DNA of 64,000 nucleotides from Phycisphaeraceae bacterium (GCA_963674705.1 OY771506.1:3680001-3744000); one strand, 5' to 3'; positions 1 through 9,930 are shown, numbered from the stretch's first letter. Notes: generated by a model not told the origin, from the letters alone. A program made the numbers and translations.

Positions 1-1
1 C

Positions 2-1765
2 ATGGACCTGCCGATCGCGATGGGTTTACTCGCAGGCGGCGCAGCGGGAACGGTTAATACGATCACCGGTCGCGGCGAGGTGTACTTCGATACGCTGGCG
101 GTGCTGGTATTTCTGCTATTAGTCGGACGCGCGATTCAACGCAGGCAACAACGACGTGCTGCGGATGCGGTCGAACAACTGTTTCGGTTAACGCCCGTTG
201 CGGCAAGGCGTGTTGAAGAAGATGGCAAGTTGACCGAGGTGCCGATCGAAGCATTACGCGCCGATGATGTGGTGGAACTGCACGCCGGCGAATCCGTGCC
301 GGTCGATGGAAGAATCGTTGAAGGGGTAAGCGAAGTCGATGAATCGCTACTGACCGGTGAATCCCGCCCCGTGAAAGTGAATCAGGATGCATCCGTACAT
401 GCGGGCAGCGTGAACCTGACATCGACGGTGCGTATCCGCGTTGAAGCAACAGGCGAACGGACGCGCGTCGGCGCGCTGATGAGTCTGATCGAACAAAGCG
501 CGCAGAGCAAAGCGCCGGCGGTGCAGACAGCGGACAAGATCGCCGGTTGGTTTGTGGTTGTCGTGGTGACGCTTGCGTTTGTGACGTTTGGCTACTGGCT
601 GATGCGCGACCCGGTGCATGCGGCGGATCACGCGGTGGCGCTGCTGATCGTGGCGTGCCCGTGTGCGTTGGGATTGGCGACGCCGTTGACGCTTGCGGTG
701 ACGATCGGCCGGGCTGCGGGGCGGGGCGTATTGATCAAAGGTGGCGCAGCGCTTGAACGCATGGCAGAAGCCGGAACGATCCTGCTGGATAAGACGGGAA
801 CGGTAACGCTGGGGAAGACAGCGTTAGTTGAATGGCATGGCGACGAATCGATTCAGTCGATGGTCGCTGCGGTCGAAGCACATTCCTCGCACCGGATCGC
901 CAAGGCGCTGGTCGAAGGGATAGGTGAGTATCCGGATGACATCGTCGCAACGGATGTAAGCCAGACCAACGACGGGGGGATTATGGGAACGGTGGGCGGG
1001 CATACACTCACTATTGGATCGCTTGACTTCGTTAATAAACATGCGCTTCAGAAACAGGGTCAGCTTCAGAAACAGGGTCAGACCCCGTTTTCGGAGCATG
1101 TGCTTCAGAAACAGGGTCAGACACCGTTTTCGCAGCACATTCATGCGTACACCGAGGCGAGTCTGACGCCGGTGTTGATCGCGGTGGATGGTGAGATCAA
1201 AGCGGTGGCGGGGTTGGGGGATGCGGTTCGGCCTGACGCGGCGGAGGCGGTTGCGTCGCTGCGTGATCTTGGCTGGAAGGTCGGGATGGTGTCGGGCGAT
1301 CATGTGGATGTGGTCAGGCACGTCGGCGAAACACTCGGGATCGAGCCGGAGATGATCCACGGCAACGTGATGCCCGAGCAGAAGGTCGAACTTGTCAGAC
1401 GCTACAGCGAAAAGGAGCCGGTTGTGATGGTCGGTGACGGCGTGAATGACGCGGCGGCGCTGGCGAGCGCGACGGTTGGGATTGCGGTGCACGGCGGCGC
1501 GGAGGCGAGCCTGGCGGCGGCGGATATCTATCTTGCCAAGCCCGGATTGAGCCAGATCGTAGGTCTGACGTTTGCGGCGGCGCGGGTGAAACGCAGTATC
1601 CGCCGTGGCCTGGGCGTGTCGCTGGCGTACAATGCTATCGGCGTGAGCCTGGCTGCGACGGGGATCATCAACCCGCTGATCGCGGCGATACTGATGCCGA
1701 TCAGCTCGCTGACGGTCCTGTCGCTGGCGGTGAGCACCCGCGCATTTGCGCGGAAGGAGGCATAA
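2..1765 (+). CDS. ccoI: Heavy-metal (Cu) P1B-type ATPase, CcoI/FixI-like; 5' end lies outside the window
   Basis: TGES, CPC, DKTGT, GDGVND, YN and M..SS motifs; immediately followed by ccoS. Confidence 0.9.
   Translation: MDLPIAMGLLAGGAAGTVNTITGRGEVYFDTLAVLVFLLLVGRAIQRRQQRRAADAVEQLFRLTPVAARRVEEDGKLTEVPIEALRADDVVELHAGESVPVDGRIVEGVSEVDESLLTGESRPVKVNQDASVHAGSVNLTSTVRIRVEATGERTRVGALMSLIEQSAQSKAPAVQTADKIAGWFVVVVVTLAFVTFGYWLMRDPVHAADHAVALLIVACPCALGLATPLTLAVTIGRAAGRGVLIKGGAALERMAEAGTILLDKTGTVTLGKTALVEWHGDESIQSMVAAVEAHSSHRIAKALVEGIGEYPDDIVATDVSQTNDGGIMGTVGGHTLTIGSLDFVNKHALQKQGQLQKQGQTPFSEHVLQKQGQTPFSQHIHAYTEASLTPVLIAVDGEIKAVAGLGDAVRPDAAEAVASLRDLGWKVGMVSGDHVDVVRHVGETLGIEPEMIHGNVMPEQKVELVRRYSEKEPVVMVGDGVNDAAALASATVGIAVHGGAEASLAAADIYLAKPGLSQIVGLTFAAARVKRSIRRGLGVSLAYNAIGVSLAATGIINPLIAAILMPISSLTVLSLAVSTRAFARKEA
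1040..1140. repeat. In-frame repeat insertion in the ATPase (GCTTCAGAAACAGGGTCA x3; QKQGQTPF peptide)
   Basis: 18-bp unit at 1045, 1063 and 1102; 36-bp near-duplicate at 1063-1098 and 1102-1137; palindromic core GGGTCAGACCC. Confidence 0.9.
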
Positions 1766-1767
1766 GC

Positions 1768-1914
1768 ATGAACGTGGTCTACGTGGTTCTACCTGTTGCG
1801 ATCGTGCTCGCCATCGGTTTTGTGGCCGCCTTTATCTGGGCGACGCGAAACGGTCAGTATGATGACATGGACAGCCCCTCGGTGCGTATGCTGCATGATG
1901 AGGAGGATGAGTAG
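1768..1914 (+). CDS. ccoS: cbb3-type cytochrome oxidase maturation protein CcoS/FixS (48 aa; not in the ORF track)
   Basis: Manual translation MNVVYVVLPVAIVLAIGFVAAFIWATRNGQYDDMDSPSVRMLHDEEDE; hallmark W...GQYDD..P..RML; AGGAGG upstream. Confidence 0.9.
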   Translation: MNVVYVVLPVAIVLAIGFVAAFIWATRNGQYDDMDSPSVRMLHDEEDE

Positions 1915-1924
1915 GGGGTGGGAA

Positions 1925-2052
1925 GCACGAATGGCGAAGTTCGAATGACGAATTATTGTCGAATGATTTAATGACTAATGTCGGATCGTTGGTTTTGGAC
2001 ATTTGGCATTTGAGCATTCATTCGTCATTCGTGGATCCGATATTCGCTATTT
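1925..2052. repeat. Imperfect inverted repeat of ~7-bp GAATGAC/GTCATTC units
   Basis: Left arm gaatgac units, right arm gtcattc units; paralogous copy at 17731-17882. Confidence 0.8.
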
Positions 2053-2095
2053 TGCCGTGTGGGAAACGAATTATCTTGAGACAAACGAAAGCAGA

Positions 2096-2159
2096 CCCGA
2101 CCAGGATGGTCGGGCTATATAGGCATATACTGGGGTGGTTACAATATCTGTCTTGAAGC
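2096..2159. repeat. REP-like palindrome CCCGACCAGGATGGTCGGG-CTATAT plus flank
   Basis: Near-identical hairpin at 2630-2654; flank recurs degenerately at 2760-2805. Confidence 0.8.
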
Positions 2160-2162
2160 AAG

Positions 2163-2516
2163 CTACTCAACATGCCAGTTAAGAGGTTGCTCTTCATCAG
2201 GTCCGATATAGACTTCAAAGTCGATGTTATGCATTCGTAACTGAACTTCCAGATCTTGAAGTGTCGGGTATATCTCGCGGGGAGGTATATACTGGCAATA
2301 AAGCATAAATACGATCGGTTTCCCAATGTACTCCTTATATTCGGATATCTGGTCGCTGAATATAAATGCCAGGTATTGATTGATTTTATTGTGTAAATCA
2401 GCGATCATTTCTGAGCAGTCATACCAATCTCGCTCCTCATACATCCGCATACAAACACAACCCCTGTTTATATTGGTGCCGATTGCATCGATGACATTTG
2501 GATCACTGACAGGCAT
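2163..2516 (-). CDS. Low-GC hypothetical protein, DUF6572-like
   Basis: VIDAIG...W...LxNKINxYLAFI pattern recalled for DUF6572; AT-rich relative to flanks. Confidence 0.6.
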   Translation of the reverse strand: MPVSDPNVIDAIGTNINRGCVCMRMYEERDWYDCSEMIADLHNKINQYLAFIFSDQISEYKEYIGKPIVFMLYCQYIPPREIYPTLQDLEVQLRMHNIDFEVYIGPDEEQPLNWHVE

Positions 2517-2629
2517 TGTTTGTTCATTTCAATCGTGCATGTATTCAAACTAAGCGATAAGATAGACCATAATTTTAGTCTGATGCAACCAGCGAGTTGT
2601 AAGATGAACTTCTATCTGTAATGTCCATA

Positions 2630-2686
2630 CCCGACCGGGATGGTCGGGCTATATGAGGACGACCCGCGATGGCATCGCGGGCTTTG
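2630..2686. repeat. Two adjacent REP-like hairpins
   Basis: CCCGACCGGGATGGTCGGG and CCCGCGATGGCATCGCGGG. Confidence 0.75.
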
Positions 2687-2947
2687 TGTTGGCAACATGT
2701 GTGTATGGATACGGCAATGGCATCCGTGCGATTCCGCCGGGTAAGTTCGGGGTGATGTGGGGCTATATGGGGATGTACCAGGTGGTTACATTTCTTAATT
2801 GAAGCGGGAGCGGGACGTTAGGAGGGGGATTCCCCGGCTTTGAAACAGGTTTCACACTAAAATAGCCATTTATCCGGATCGGTTTGTCATATCCGGTCAT
2901 GTGCTCCGTCTTTGTTGTTGAGGTCTAACCCCTTTGAGGCTCACATC

Positions 2948-3520
2948 ATGAAAGAAAGACCCACATCCGTCACCGTGTTCGCGATCATTAATCTTGTCAT
3001 GGCTGGAATGGGATTGTTGCTTTGGATTGTCGGCATGATTTTCATGCTCGGATTGATCAAGCTGCCTGAGCAGGCCGGGCCTAATCCTGCGATGGAGATG
3101 ATGGAGACCAGCACGGGGTTTCAGATATACAGTTACGTAACATCCGGATTTCATCTGCTGGCAACGATCCTGATCATTTCCGCTTCGATAGGGATGTTTA
3201 CCTTGCAGCCGTGGGCGAGGAAGGGCACGATTGTCTGGGCGGTCTACTCGATCGTGTCCAAGGTGGTGACGACTACCGTGCAGCACGTATTGTTTACGAT
3301 ACCGATGTTGAATGACGTGACGGATGATATCCAGCGCACCGGCATGATTGTGGGTGCGGTGGTTGGGGGTGTCTTCATCCTCATGCTGATTGGTTATCAT
3401 CTGTTGCTGATTTACATGATGACCCGACCTCATGTGGTGGATGCGTTTACGCCTGAGCCGGAGGATGAAACACTAGTGGGTTGGGGTAATGAAGATTTGC
3501 CGGAAGGAAATGAAGCGTGA
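2948..3520 (+). CDS. Four-TM hypothetical membrane protein, first gene of the exporter operon
   Basis: RPTSVTVFAI start, four hydrophobic segments; stop overlaps next start. Confidence 0.75.
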   Translation: MKERPTSVTVFAIINLVMAGMGLLLWIVGMIFMLGLIKLPEQAGPNPAMEMMETSTGFQIYSYVTSGFHLLATILIISASIGMFTLQPWARKGTIVWAVYSIVSKVVTTTVQHVLFTIPMLNDVTDDIQRTGMIVGAVVGGVFILMLIGYHLLLIYMMTRPHVVDAFTPEPEDETLVGWGNEDLPEGNEA

Positions 3521-5022
3521 AGATCATAATCGGCGTGACAATCGGCGTCATCGTGCTTGTCGTGGGGGTAGTCGGCATCGTCGCGATGGTCGCGGGTGGT
3601 GCGGCCGGCGACGGCGAGGGCGGCGGCTTTGGCACGAAGGTGCGGCTTGAGAAGGTGCAACAGGGGCAACTGATCGAGACGGTGGTGGCGCCGGGGCAGG
3701 TGAAGCCTGCGACGAACGTGGCGATCAGCGCGCGCGTGTCGGCCCGTATCAAAGAGATCCCGCATGATGAAGGCGAGCAGGTCACGAAGGGTGATCCGAA
3801 CGCGAACCCGCCGATCCCGGCAAGTGTGTTGATCCGGCTGGATTCGGAGGACCTTGAGGCACGTTTGCGATCTGCCAAGGCCCGGCGCGATGGCCAGGAA
3901 GCGCAGATCGAGGTGGATAAGAAGCGGATCGAGGCCCAGGAGGCATCGCTGCGGGGGACGCTGGCGACGCTCAACGAGGCAGAGCGGAATCTCGATCGGC
4001 ATCGTGAGATGGTGTCGGCGGGGGATGTGAGTCAGACGGCCTACGAGCAGGCACAGGAACATTATGACGGACTAAAAGCCCAGTACGAATCTTCGGCAGC
4101 GAACATTGATGCAGCGAAGCGGGCGATCAAGGTGTCGGAATACAACCTGATCGCGGCAGATGCGGATATCGAGCAGGCGGAGGATAACCTGAGTTACACG
4201 ACGATCGTTTCGCCGATCGATGGGGTGGTGACGAAGGTGAACGTTGAGCCGGGCGAGTTGGCGGTGACGGGGACGATGAATAATCCGGGGACGGTGCTGC
4301 TTGAGGTGGCGGATTTATCGAAGATGCTGGTTGTTGCGGAGCTTGACGAGGCGGATGTCGGGCGTGTGCTGGAAGGGCAGCCGGCGAAGGTGCGGATGCT
4401 GGCGTATCCGGATCGTGTGTTTGACGGCAAGGTGCTGTCGGTAGCGCTATCGGCAACGCGCGGGGGGACGAACTACTTTGATACCGAGATATTGCTGGAT
4501 ACCGAAGGGGACCAGATCTATACGGGCCTGACCGCGGATGCGGAGATCGAGGTGGCGCGTCATGACACGATCATGATCGTACCGAGCCAGGCGGTGTTGG
4601 GCAGGCCGATCGAGGAGTTGCCTTTTGATATCCGGGACAACAACGAGTATGTCGATCAGAGCAAGACGATCGTGACGGTGGTGTACCGTTTTGTGGATGG
4701 CAAGGCGGTGATCACGCCGGTGAAGATCGGGCCTTCAGATGTGACGCACACGATCATCCTGGGCGGGCTCGAAGAAGGGGAGCAGGTCGTGGTCGGGCCA
4801 TACAAGGCGCTTGAATCGATGAAGCACGATCAAAACTTGAAGGACGAGCGTGAAGAGCAGAAGAAGGAAGACGAGAAGGCTGCAAGCGAAGGCGAAGCCA
4901 AAGCGGATGATGTGAAAGCGAAGGACGCTGAATCTGAGAAGGCCAAAGAGCCTGCGGATGATGAAGCGAGCGATGAGGTTGAGCCTGTCGAAGCAGAAGC
5001 GCCTGTGGGCGTGGGGTCTTGA
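3517..5022 (+). CDS. MacA-like periplasmic adaptor (membrane fusion protein)
   Basis: N-terminal anchor, long coiled coil, TTIVSPIDGVV lipoyl-like motif, LDEADVG; acidic tail. Confidence 0.9.
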   Translation: MKIIIGVTIGVIVLVVGVVGIVAMVAGGAAGDGEGGGFGTKVRLEKVQQGQLIETVVAPGQVKPATNVAISARVSARIKEIPHDEGEQVTKGDPNANPPIPASVLIRLDSEDLEARLRSAKARRDGQEAQIEVDKKRIEAQEASLRGTLATLNEAERNLDRHREMVSAGDVSQTAYEQAQEHYDGLKAQYESSAANIDAAKRAIKVSEYNLIAADADIEQAEDNLSYTTIVSPIDGVVTKVNVEPGELAVTGTMNNPGTVLLEVADLSKMLVVAELDEADVGRVLEGQPAKVRMLAYPDRVFDGKVLSVALSATRGGTNYFDTEILLDTEGDQIYTGLTADAEIEVARHDTIMIVPSQAVLGRPIEELPFDIRDNNEYVDQSKTIVTVVYRFVDGKAVITPVKIGPSDVTHTIILGGLEEGEQVVVGPYKALESMKHDQNLKDEREEQKKEDEKAASEGEAKADDVKAKDAESEKAKEPADDEASDEVEPVEAEAPVGVGS

Positions 5023-5792
5023 AGCCGATGCTGATCCAATTACACAAACTGACCAAGGTTTACAAGGTCGGCGTGGAGCGCGTTCACGCTTTGGCCGGGG
5101 TTGATCTTGATGTCGGCAAGAACGAGTTCGTCGCGATCATGGGTGCGTCGGGTTCGGGCAAGAGCACGCTGATGAACGTGCTGGGTTGTCTGGATCGGCC
5201 GACGTCGGGTGGGTACAAGCTGGCGGGCAAGCGTACGGATCGGATGAGTGCGGCCGAGTTAGCCAAGACGCGGAACCAGCGGATCGGGTTTGTGTTTCAG
5301 TCGTTCGAGTTGATGCCGAGGTTAAGCGCGTTGTGGAACGTGGCGATGCCTTTGACGTATTCGCAGACGCGTTGGCGTGAGCGCAAGGCGAGGTCGATGG
5401 ATGTGCTGAAGCGCGTGGGGCTGGAGGATCGTGCGACGCACAGGCCGAACCAATTATCCGGCGGGCAGAAGCAGCGCGTGGCGATCGCGCGGGCGCTGAT
5501 TAATAACCCGAACATCGTGCTGGCGGATGAGCCGACGGGGAACCTGGACAGCAAAACGAGCGGCGAGATCCTGGAGCTGTTCGTGCGGCTGCACGAGGAA
5601 GGGCAAACGATCATCATGGTGACGCACGAGACGGATGTTGCGTCGCATGCAAGCCGGATCGTGCGGATGAGCGACGGGTTGATCGTTTCGGATTTGCCTG
5701 CTGATGAAGATGAGCAGACGCGAGAGCTGCATAAGAAGCTCATGGCAGAACGTAAACGCAAGTATGCCGGCGTGGAAGGGGGCGAAGCATGA
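5019..5792 (+). CDS. ABC transporter ATP-binding protein (MacB/LolD type); start may be ATG 5028
   Basis: GASGSGKST, LSGGQKQRVAIARAL, ADEPTGNLD, VTH. Confidence 0.95.
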   Translation: MKPMLIQLHKLTKVYKVGVERVHALAGVDLDVGKNEFVAIMGASGSGKSTLMNVLGCLDRPTSGGYKLAGKRTDRMSAAELAKTRNQRIGFVFQSFELMPRLSALWNVAMPLTYSQTRWRERKARSMDVLKRVGLEDRATHRPNQLSGGQKQRVAIARALINNPNIVLADEPTGNLDSKTSGEILELFVRLHEEGQTIIMVTHETDVASHASRIVRMSDGLIVSDLPADEDEQTRELHKKLMAERKRKYAGVEGGEA

Positions 5793-7048
5793 GTATGATC
5801 CGCGCCCCGTTTGCATTGATGGCGTTCTTTACACAGAGCGTGTTGCTTGCGTTGGGGCAGATCTGGTCGAACAAGGTGCGTTCGTTGCTGACGACGATGG
5901 GGATCATCATCGGTGTGGCGTCGGTGACGGCGGTGATCGCGGCGCTATCGGGTATGAAGGCGAACATCCTCGCGGACTTCGAGGTGATCGGGAACAACAA
6001 GATATTTGTGCAGGCATGGCGCCCTCAGACGGGGCGATTCCGGCATGCATCGTGGCGCAGCATCCAGTTCGTCCCCAGTGATTTTGACGGGCTGCTGGAG
6101 CATTGCCCGTCGGTCGAGACGTTTACGCGCATCACGGGGTACAACGCCGCGGTGACTTTTGGCGAGCGTTCGATCGAATCGGCGCGGGTGTCGGGGATCG
6201 AGCCGGCGTGGCATGATATGGAGAACCGGTTTGTCATGATGGGCCGGCCTTTCAATCTTGTCGATGAAGAAGGGGCGCGTAATGTCTGTTTGATCAGCGA
6301 GAAGACGCGCGATGAGTTAAGGTTGAACCGCGATTGTGTGGGCCAGTCGATTTATCTTGATAATGTGCGGTTCCTGATCGTAGGTGTGGTGGACCCGCCG
6401 CGTGAATTTTCGATGATCGGCGGGGGTGGGCCTGACCATGAGATATTCATCCCGTTTACGACGTGCTGGAAACGGTACCAGGGATGGATGGTGGTGTTGC
6501 TGGACGCGGTGAAGCCCGAGATGTCGGATGATGCGCGTGCGGAGATCCGGTTTTTCCTGAGGCGATCGCGTGAGCTTAGACCGGATGATGAGGACACGTT
6601 CCGGATCGAGGCGGTGGAAGCGTTCGTGCAGATCTTCAGCAAGGTCGCCAGCGGGATCACGATGGTGGCGGGCGGGATCGTAAGCATTTCGCTGCTGGTC
6701 GGCGGGGTGGGGATCATGAACATCATGCTGGTATCTGTTTCGGAAAGGACGCGCGAGATCGGTCTGCGCAAGGCGGTCGGTGCGACGCCGACAGCGATCC
6801 TTTTGCAATTCCTGATTGAAGCGATCACGTTGTGTTCGGTCGGCGGTTTGCTCGGGCTGGCGGGCGGGCAGATATTGACGGTGATCATGGGGATGATCCC
6901 TGCTGCGAACCTGGAGCGTGCGTATATCCCGATCTGGGCGATGGTCATATCGATCGGTTTCTCGGCGTTGGTCGGCGTGTTCTTCGGCATGTTCCCCGCG
7001 GTGAAGGCGGCGAGGCTGGACCCCATCGAGGCATTGCGACATGAATAG
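5789..7048 (+). CDS. MacB-family ABC permease
   Basis: RSLLTTMGIIIGV, GGVGIMNIMLVSVSERTREIGLRKAVGA, AARLDPIEALRHE. Confidence 0.95.
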   Translation: MSMIRAPFALMAFFTQSVLLALGQIWSNKVRSLLTTMGIIIGVASVTAVIAALSGMKANILADFEVIGNNKIFVQAWRPQTGRFRHASWRSIQFVPSDFDGLLEHCPSVETFTRITGYNAAVTFGERSIESARVSGIEPAWHDMENRFVMMGRPFNLVDEEGARNVCLISEKTRDELRLNRDCVGQSIYLDNVRFLIVGVVDPPREFSMIGGGGPDHEIFIPFTTCWKRYQGWMVVLLDAVKPEMSDDARAEIRFFLRRSRELRPDDEDTFRIEAVEAFVQIFSKVASGITMVAGGIVSISLLVGGVGIMNIMLVSVSERTREIGLRKAVGATPTAILLQFLIEAITLCSVGGLLGLAGGQILTVIMGMIPAANLERAYIPIWAMVISIGFSALVGVFFGMFPAVKAARLDPIEALRHE

Positions 7049-8675
7049 AAAGCGTTATCTGGGACAACTTGCTTTGCTTACCGTAACATCGGCGCTTTTA
7101 TGGAGCACGGGCTGCAAGGGGCCGTTTGATGACGATCCGGGATTAGCGGTCAACGTCCCGCCGGAGCGGTTCCGCACGATCGAGCCGATGCAGTTCGAGC
7201 CGTCCGAGGACCAGGGCGCGAATTATGAAGATCGTTACGGCAATCCGCCTGCGGAGATGCAGTTAACGATCGACGATTGCCGGGCGCTGGTGATGGAAAA
7301 CAACCTTGAGTTAAGGGTGCAGCTACTGAGCCCGGCGATTGCCCGACAGAGCATCACGCAAGAGCAGGCGCGGTTTGAGGCATTGTTCTACGCCAACGCG
7401 AGCATGATGAAAACCGATACGCCGACGGACACGCAGCTTAGCGGTTCGAGCGTTGAATCAACGAGTACGGACTTCGGCGTGAACCTGCCGCTACGCACCG
7501 GTGGCACGCTGACGTTCGATGTCCCGACCAACCGGACCAAGACGGATAATGTTTTCTCCACGTTGAATCCATCGTACACAGCCGACATGGTTATCTCGCT
7601 GAGCCACAACCTGCTGCGAAACGCGGGGCATCGCACGAACAGCCACGGCATCCGTGTCGCGCATTACCAGTCACAACAGGTGGAAGCGCAGACAAAGCTG
7701 GAAGTCATCCGCGTGGTTGCGGTGGCGGATAGGATGTACTGGCGATTGTACGCGGCGCGCAAAGAGCTTGAAGTACGCAAGCAGCAGCACGAGCTGGCGC
7801 TTGCGCAGTTGGAGCGAGCGAAGCGGCGCGTCGAACAGGGTGCTGATGCGCAGATCGAAGTAACGCGGGCAGAGGCCGGTGTAGCGGAGGGGCTTGAATC
7901 GATCATCATTGCGGAGAATTCGCTGCGCGATTGGGAGCGTACGATTAAAAGGATGTTGAACAAGCCGGGCCTGCCGATGAACAGCCAGACGGTGATGGTG
8001 CCCGCGACCGATCCGGACCCGGTGCATTTTATTGTCGATCCGAAGCAGTTGGTTGAAGCGTCTATGGCCAAGCGGATGGAACTGCTGGACCTGGAACTGC
8101 AACTCGCCGCCGACGCCAGCACGGTGGACTACCGACGGAACCAGAAGCTGCCGTTAGCGGCGCTTGATTACAGCTACATCTCCAACGGCCTGGGTGAATC
8201 CTATGGCGATGCGTTTGAACTGGCGAACCAATTCAACTTTGAAGATCACCGCGTCTCGATGCGTGTCGAGATCCCGTTAGGCAATGAAGCTGCGGAGAGC
8301 GCGCTACGCCGTGCATTGCTGACCCGCCTGCAGCGTTTAGCGACACGCGAGCAGCGCCGTGCTGCGATCGAGCAGGAGGTGCTCAATGCGGTGGATCAAC
8401 TGGAAGCCAACTGGCTGCGCATCCTGGCTGCAAGACAACGAGCGATCCTAGCCGGGCGCACGCTTGAGGCGGAACTGCGCCAGTTTGACCTGGGCTTGAA
8501 CACATCGACAGACGTGCTGGATGCACAAGCGCGCTTTTCCAATGCACAATCCGCGGAGGTGCAGAGCCTGGCCGACTACCAGATCGCGCAGATCGATCTG
8601 GCGTATGCGACGGGCACGGTGCTTGGCGCAGCGAATATCCGCTGGGAAGAGCCTGAGCCTGAGTTAGATGAGTAG
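7041..8675 (+). CDS. TolC-family outer-membrane efflux lipoprotein
   Basis: Lipobox-like STGC; two helical OEP repeats; G...TDVLDAQ. Confidence 0.9.
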   Translation: MNRKRYLGQLALLTVTSALLWSTGCKGPFDDDPGLAVNVPPERFRTIEPMQFEPSEDQGANYEDRYGNPPAEMQLTIDDCRALVMENNLELRVQLLSPAIARQSITQEQARFEALFYANASMMKTDTPTDTQLSGSSVESTSTDFGVNLPLRTGGTLTFDVPTNRTKTDNVFSTLNPSYTADMVISLSHNLLRNAGHRTNSHGIRVAHYQSQQVEAQTKLEVIRVVAVADRMYWRLYAARKELEVRKQQHELALAQLERAKRRVEQGADAQIEVTRAEAGVAEGLESIIIAENSLRDWERTIKRMLNKPGLPMNSQTVMVPATDPDPVHFIVDPKQLVEASMAKRMELLDLELQLAADASTVDYRRNQKLPLAALDYSYISNGLGESYGDAFELANQFNFEDHRVSMRVEIPLGNEAAESALRRALLTRLQRLATREQRRAAIEQEVLNAVDQLEANWLRILAARQRAILAGRTLEAELRQFDLGLNTSTDVLDAQARFSNAQSAEVQSLADYQIAQIDLAYATGTVLGAANIRWEEPEPELDE

Positions 8676-8693
8676 TGTGGCTTACGGCCTATC

Positions 8694-8775
8694 GGGTGCC
8701 ACGTTTTGACCGCGCAGCGGCAAAGCGTGTTGGTCAGCGCACACTTTGCTACTGCGGAGTCAAAGTGTGGCACCC
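8694..8775. repeat. REP doublet (GGGTGCCAC...GTGGCACCC) between convergent genes
   Basis: Inverted pair of hairpin units; one more unit at 22886-22921. Confidence 0.8.
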
Positions 8776-8798
8776 ATTACGGTGGAATTGAGAATGCG

Positions 8799-9635
8799 CT
8801 AAGTCGTGCGTCGGTGGTTGAGCAAGCTGAATACTGCGGTGGTCAGCAGTAGGGCGGTTGCGGGTTCCGGGATTGAGGCATCTGTTGGTGGGGTGGCGGC
8901 GTTCCAGTCGCTTAAGACGATGTCAAGATCGTCGAGGCCGATGAAGCCGTCGTTAGAGGCGTCGCCGGTCAGGCGGTCGCCGAGGATGACGTTCTGGTTC
9001 CAGTTGTTGAGGACAAGGTCGAGGTCATCGAGGCCTACGAAGCCGTCGCCGTTGAGGTCGCCGTTGTGGATGCGCGTGAGGGAAGTAATCTCTGTTCGAT
9101 AGCCACCAGAATTCGGCAGAATCCACTTGTATTCATACTCGGAAAGCTGAGGAAGTTGATCAGGGATTTGAGTTGAGTTAAATACTGAATGGTCGAGGTC
9201 ACGCAGATGGATACTCACCGAAATGGCAGGTGGTATCGGAAGGGTTGGTGAGTATAGATGATCCGCATACATATCAAACAGATCGAAGGCAGGAATAGAA
9301 GGATCAAATGTGTAGTTGTCGTAGATCGAGAGTCGTGTACGAGAAGTGCTGTAAATCGTATGGTCTTGGAAGTATAATTGATAATAGATGCCCGGGGTGT
9401 CGTTATAATAATCTCGATAGCCATAGGACACGGCGGAATTCAAGTTCAGATAGACTGGTAGGTCGTCTCTATAGCTGAAGTATCCGACCATTGTCGAGTC
9501 AACCGAGGCCCATGGCGCATCGTCTACGACGGTTCCTTCGATTTTGTAGGTGAACACCTCGGCAGGTAATTGCTTTGTGTTTACTAAGCAGGTGATACTG
9601 GCGGTGAGTAAACAGAGTGTGGTAGAACGCAGCAT
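8799..9635 (-). CDS. Exported protein with dockerin-like repeat pair and PEP-CTERM anchor
   Basis: Signal-like MLRSTTLCLL; two GDxxxDGF(V/I)GLDDLDxVLxxWN; IPEPAT-hydrophobic-RRTT. Confidence 0.85.
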   Translation of the reverse strand: MLRSTTLCLLTASITCLVNTKQLPAEVFTYKIEGTVVDDAPWASVDSTMVGYFSYRDDLPVYLNLNSAVSYGYRDYYNDTPGIYYQLYFQDHTIYSTSRTRLSIYDNYTFDPSIPAFDLFDMYADHLYSPTLPIPPAISVSIHLRDLDHSVFNSTQIPDQLPQLSEYEYKWILPNSGGYRTEITSLTRIHNGDLNGDGFVGLDDLDLVLNNWNQNVILGDRLTGDASNDGFIGLDDLDIVLSDWNAATPPTDASIPEPATALLLTTAVFSLLNHRRTT

Positions 9636-9779
9636 GTGACCCCCATTATTTATTGAGTGTGCTGATTGTATCATGCGGGACTGATATTTCGATGTGTTTC
9701 TTTGCACAGCGCGAGTCAATCAATCATTTTGGATCACGGCTGTTGGTGTTATAGCAGGGAGACCTGCGGTCAGACATTA

Positions 9780-9930
9780 CGGCGGGGTCGGGAGACCCGC
9801 GCCGAGCGCTGGAGTGAACCCCATAAAGCCCGGCCATGGCATGGCCGGGATTACCCACAGATGGAATCTGTGGGCTTCGGGGGAATGTGTGGTTTCATCT
9901 AGATCCGCTAAGCCGCGAGCGGCTTTGGGG
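9780..9930. repeat. Cluster of REP-like hairpins
   Basis: GGGTCGGGAGACCC, CCCGGCCATGGCATGGCCGGG, CGCTAAGCCGCGAGCGGC (last recurs at ~31287 and, inverted, at ~41268). Confidence 0.7.

Noticed and set aside
1832..2156. Short ORFs across the GAATGAC element
   Set aside because: They are translations of the periodic repeat and show no independent coding signal.
2096..2162. Integron attC site
   Set aside because: No convincing RYYYAAC/GTTRRRY pair and no integrase; it fits a REP-like hairpin better.
4850..5020. Acidic/Lys-rich tail of the adaptor protein as a separate domain
   Set aside because: It is a low-complexity, probably disordered tail with no repeat structure.
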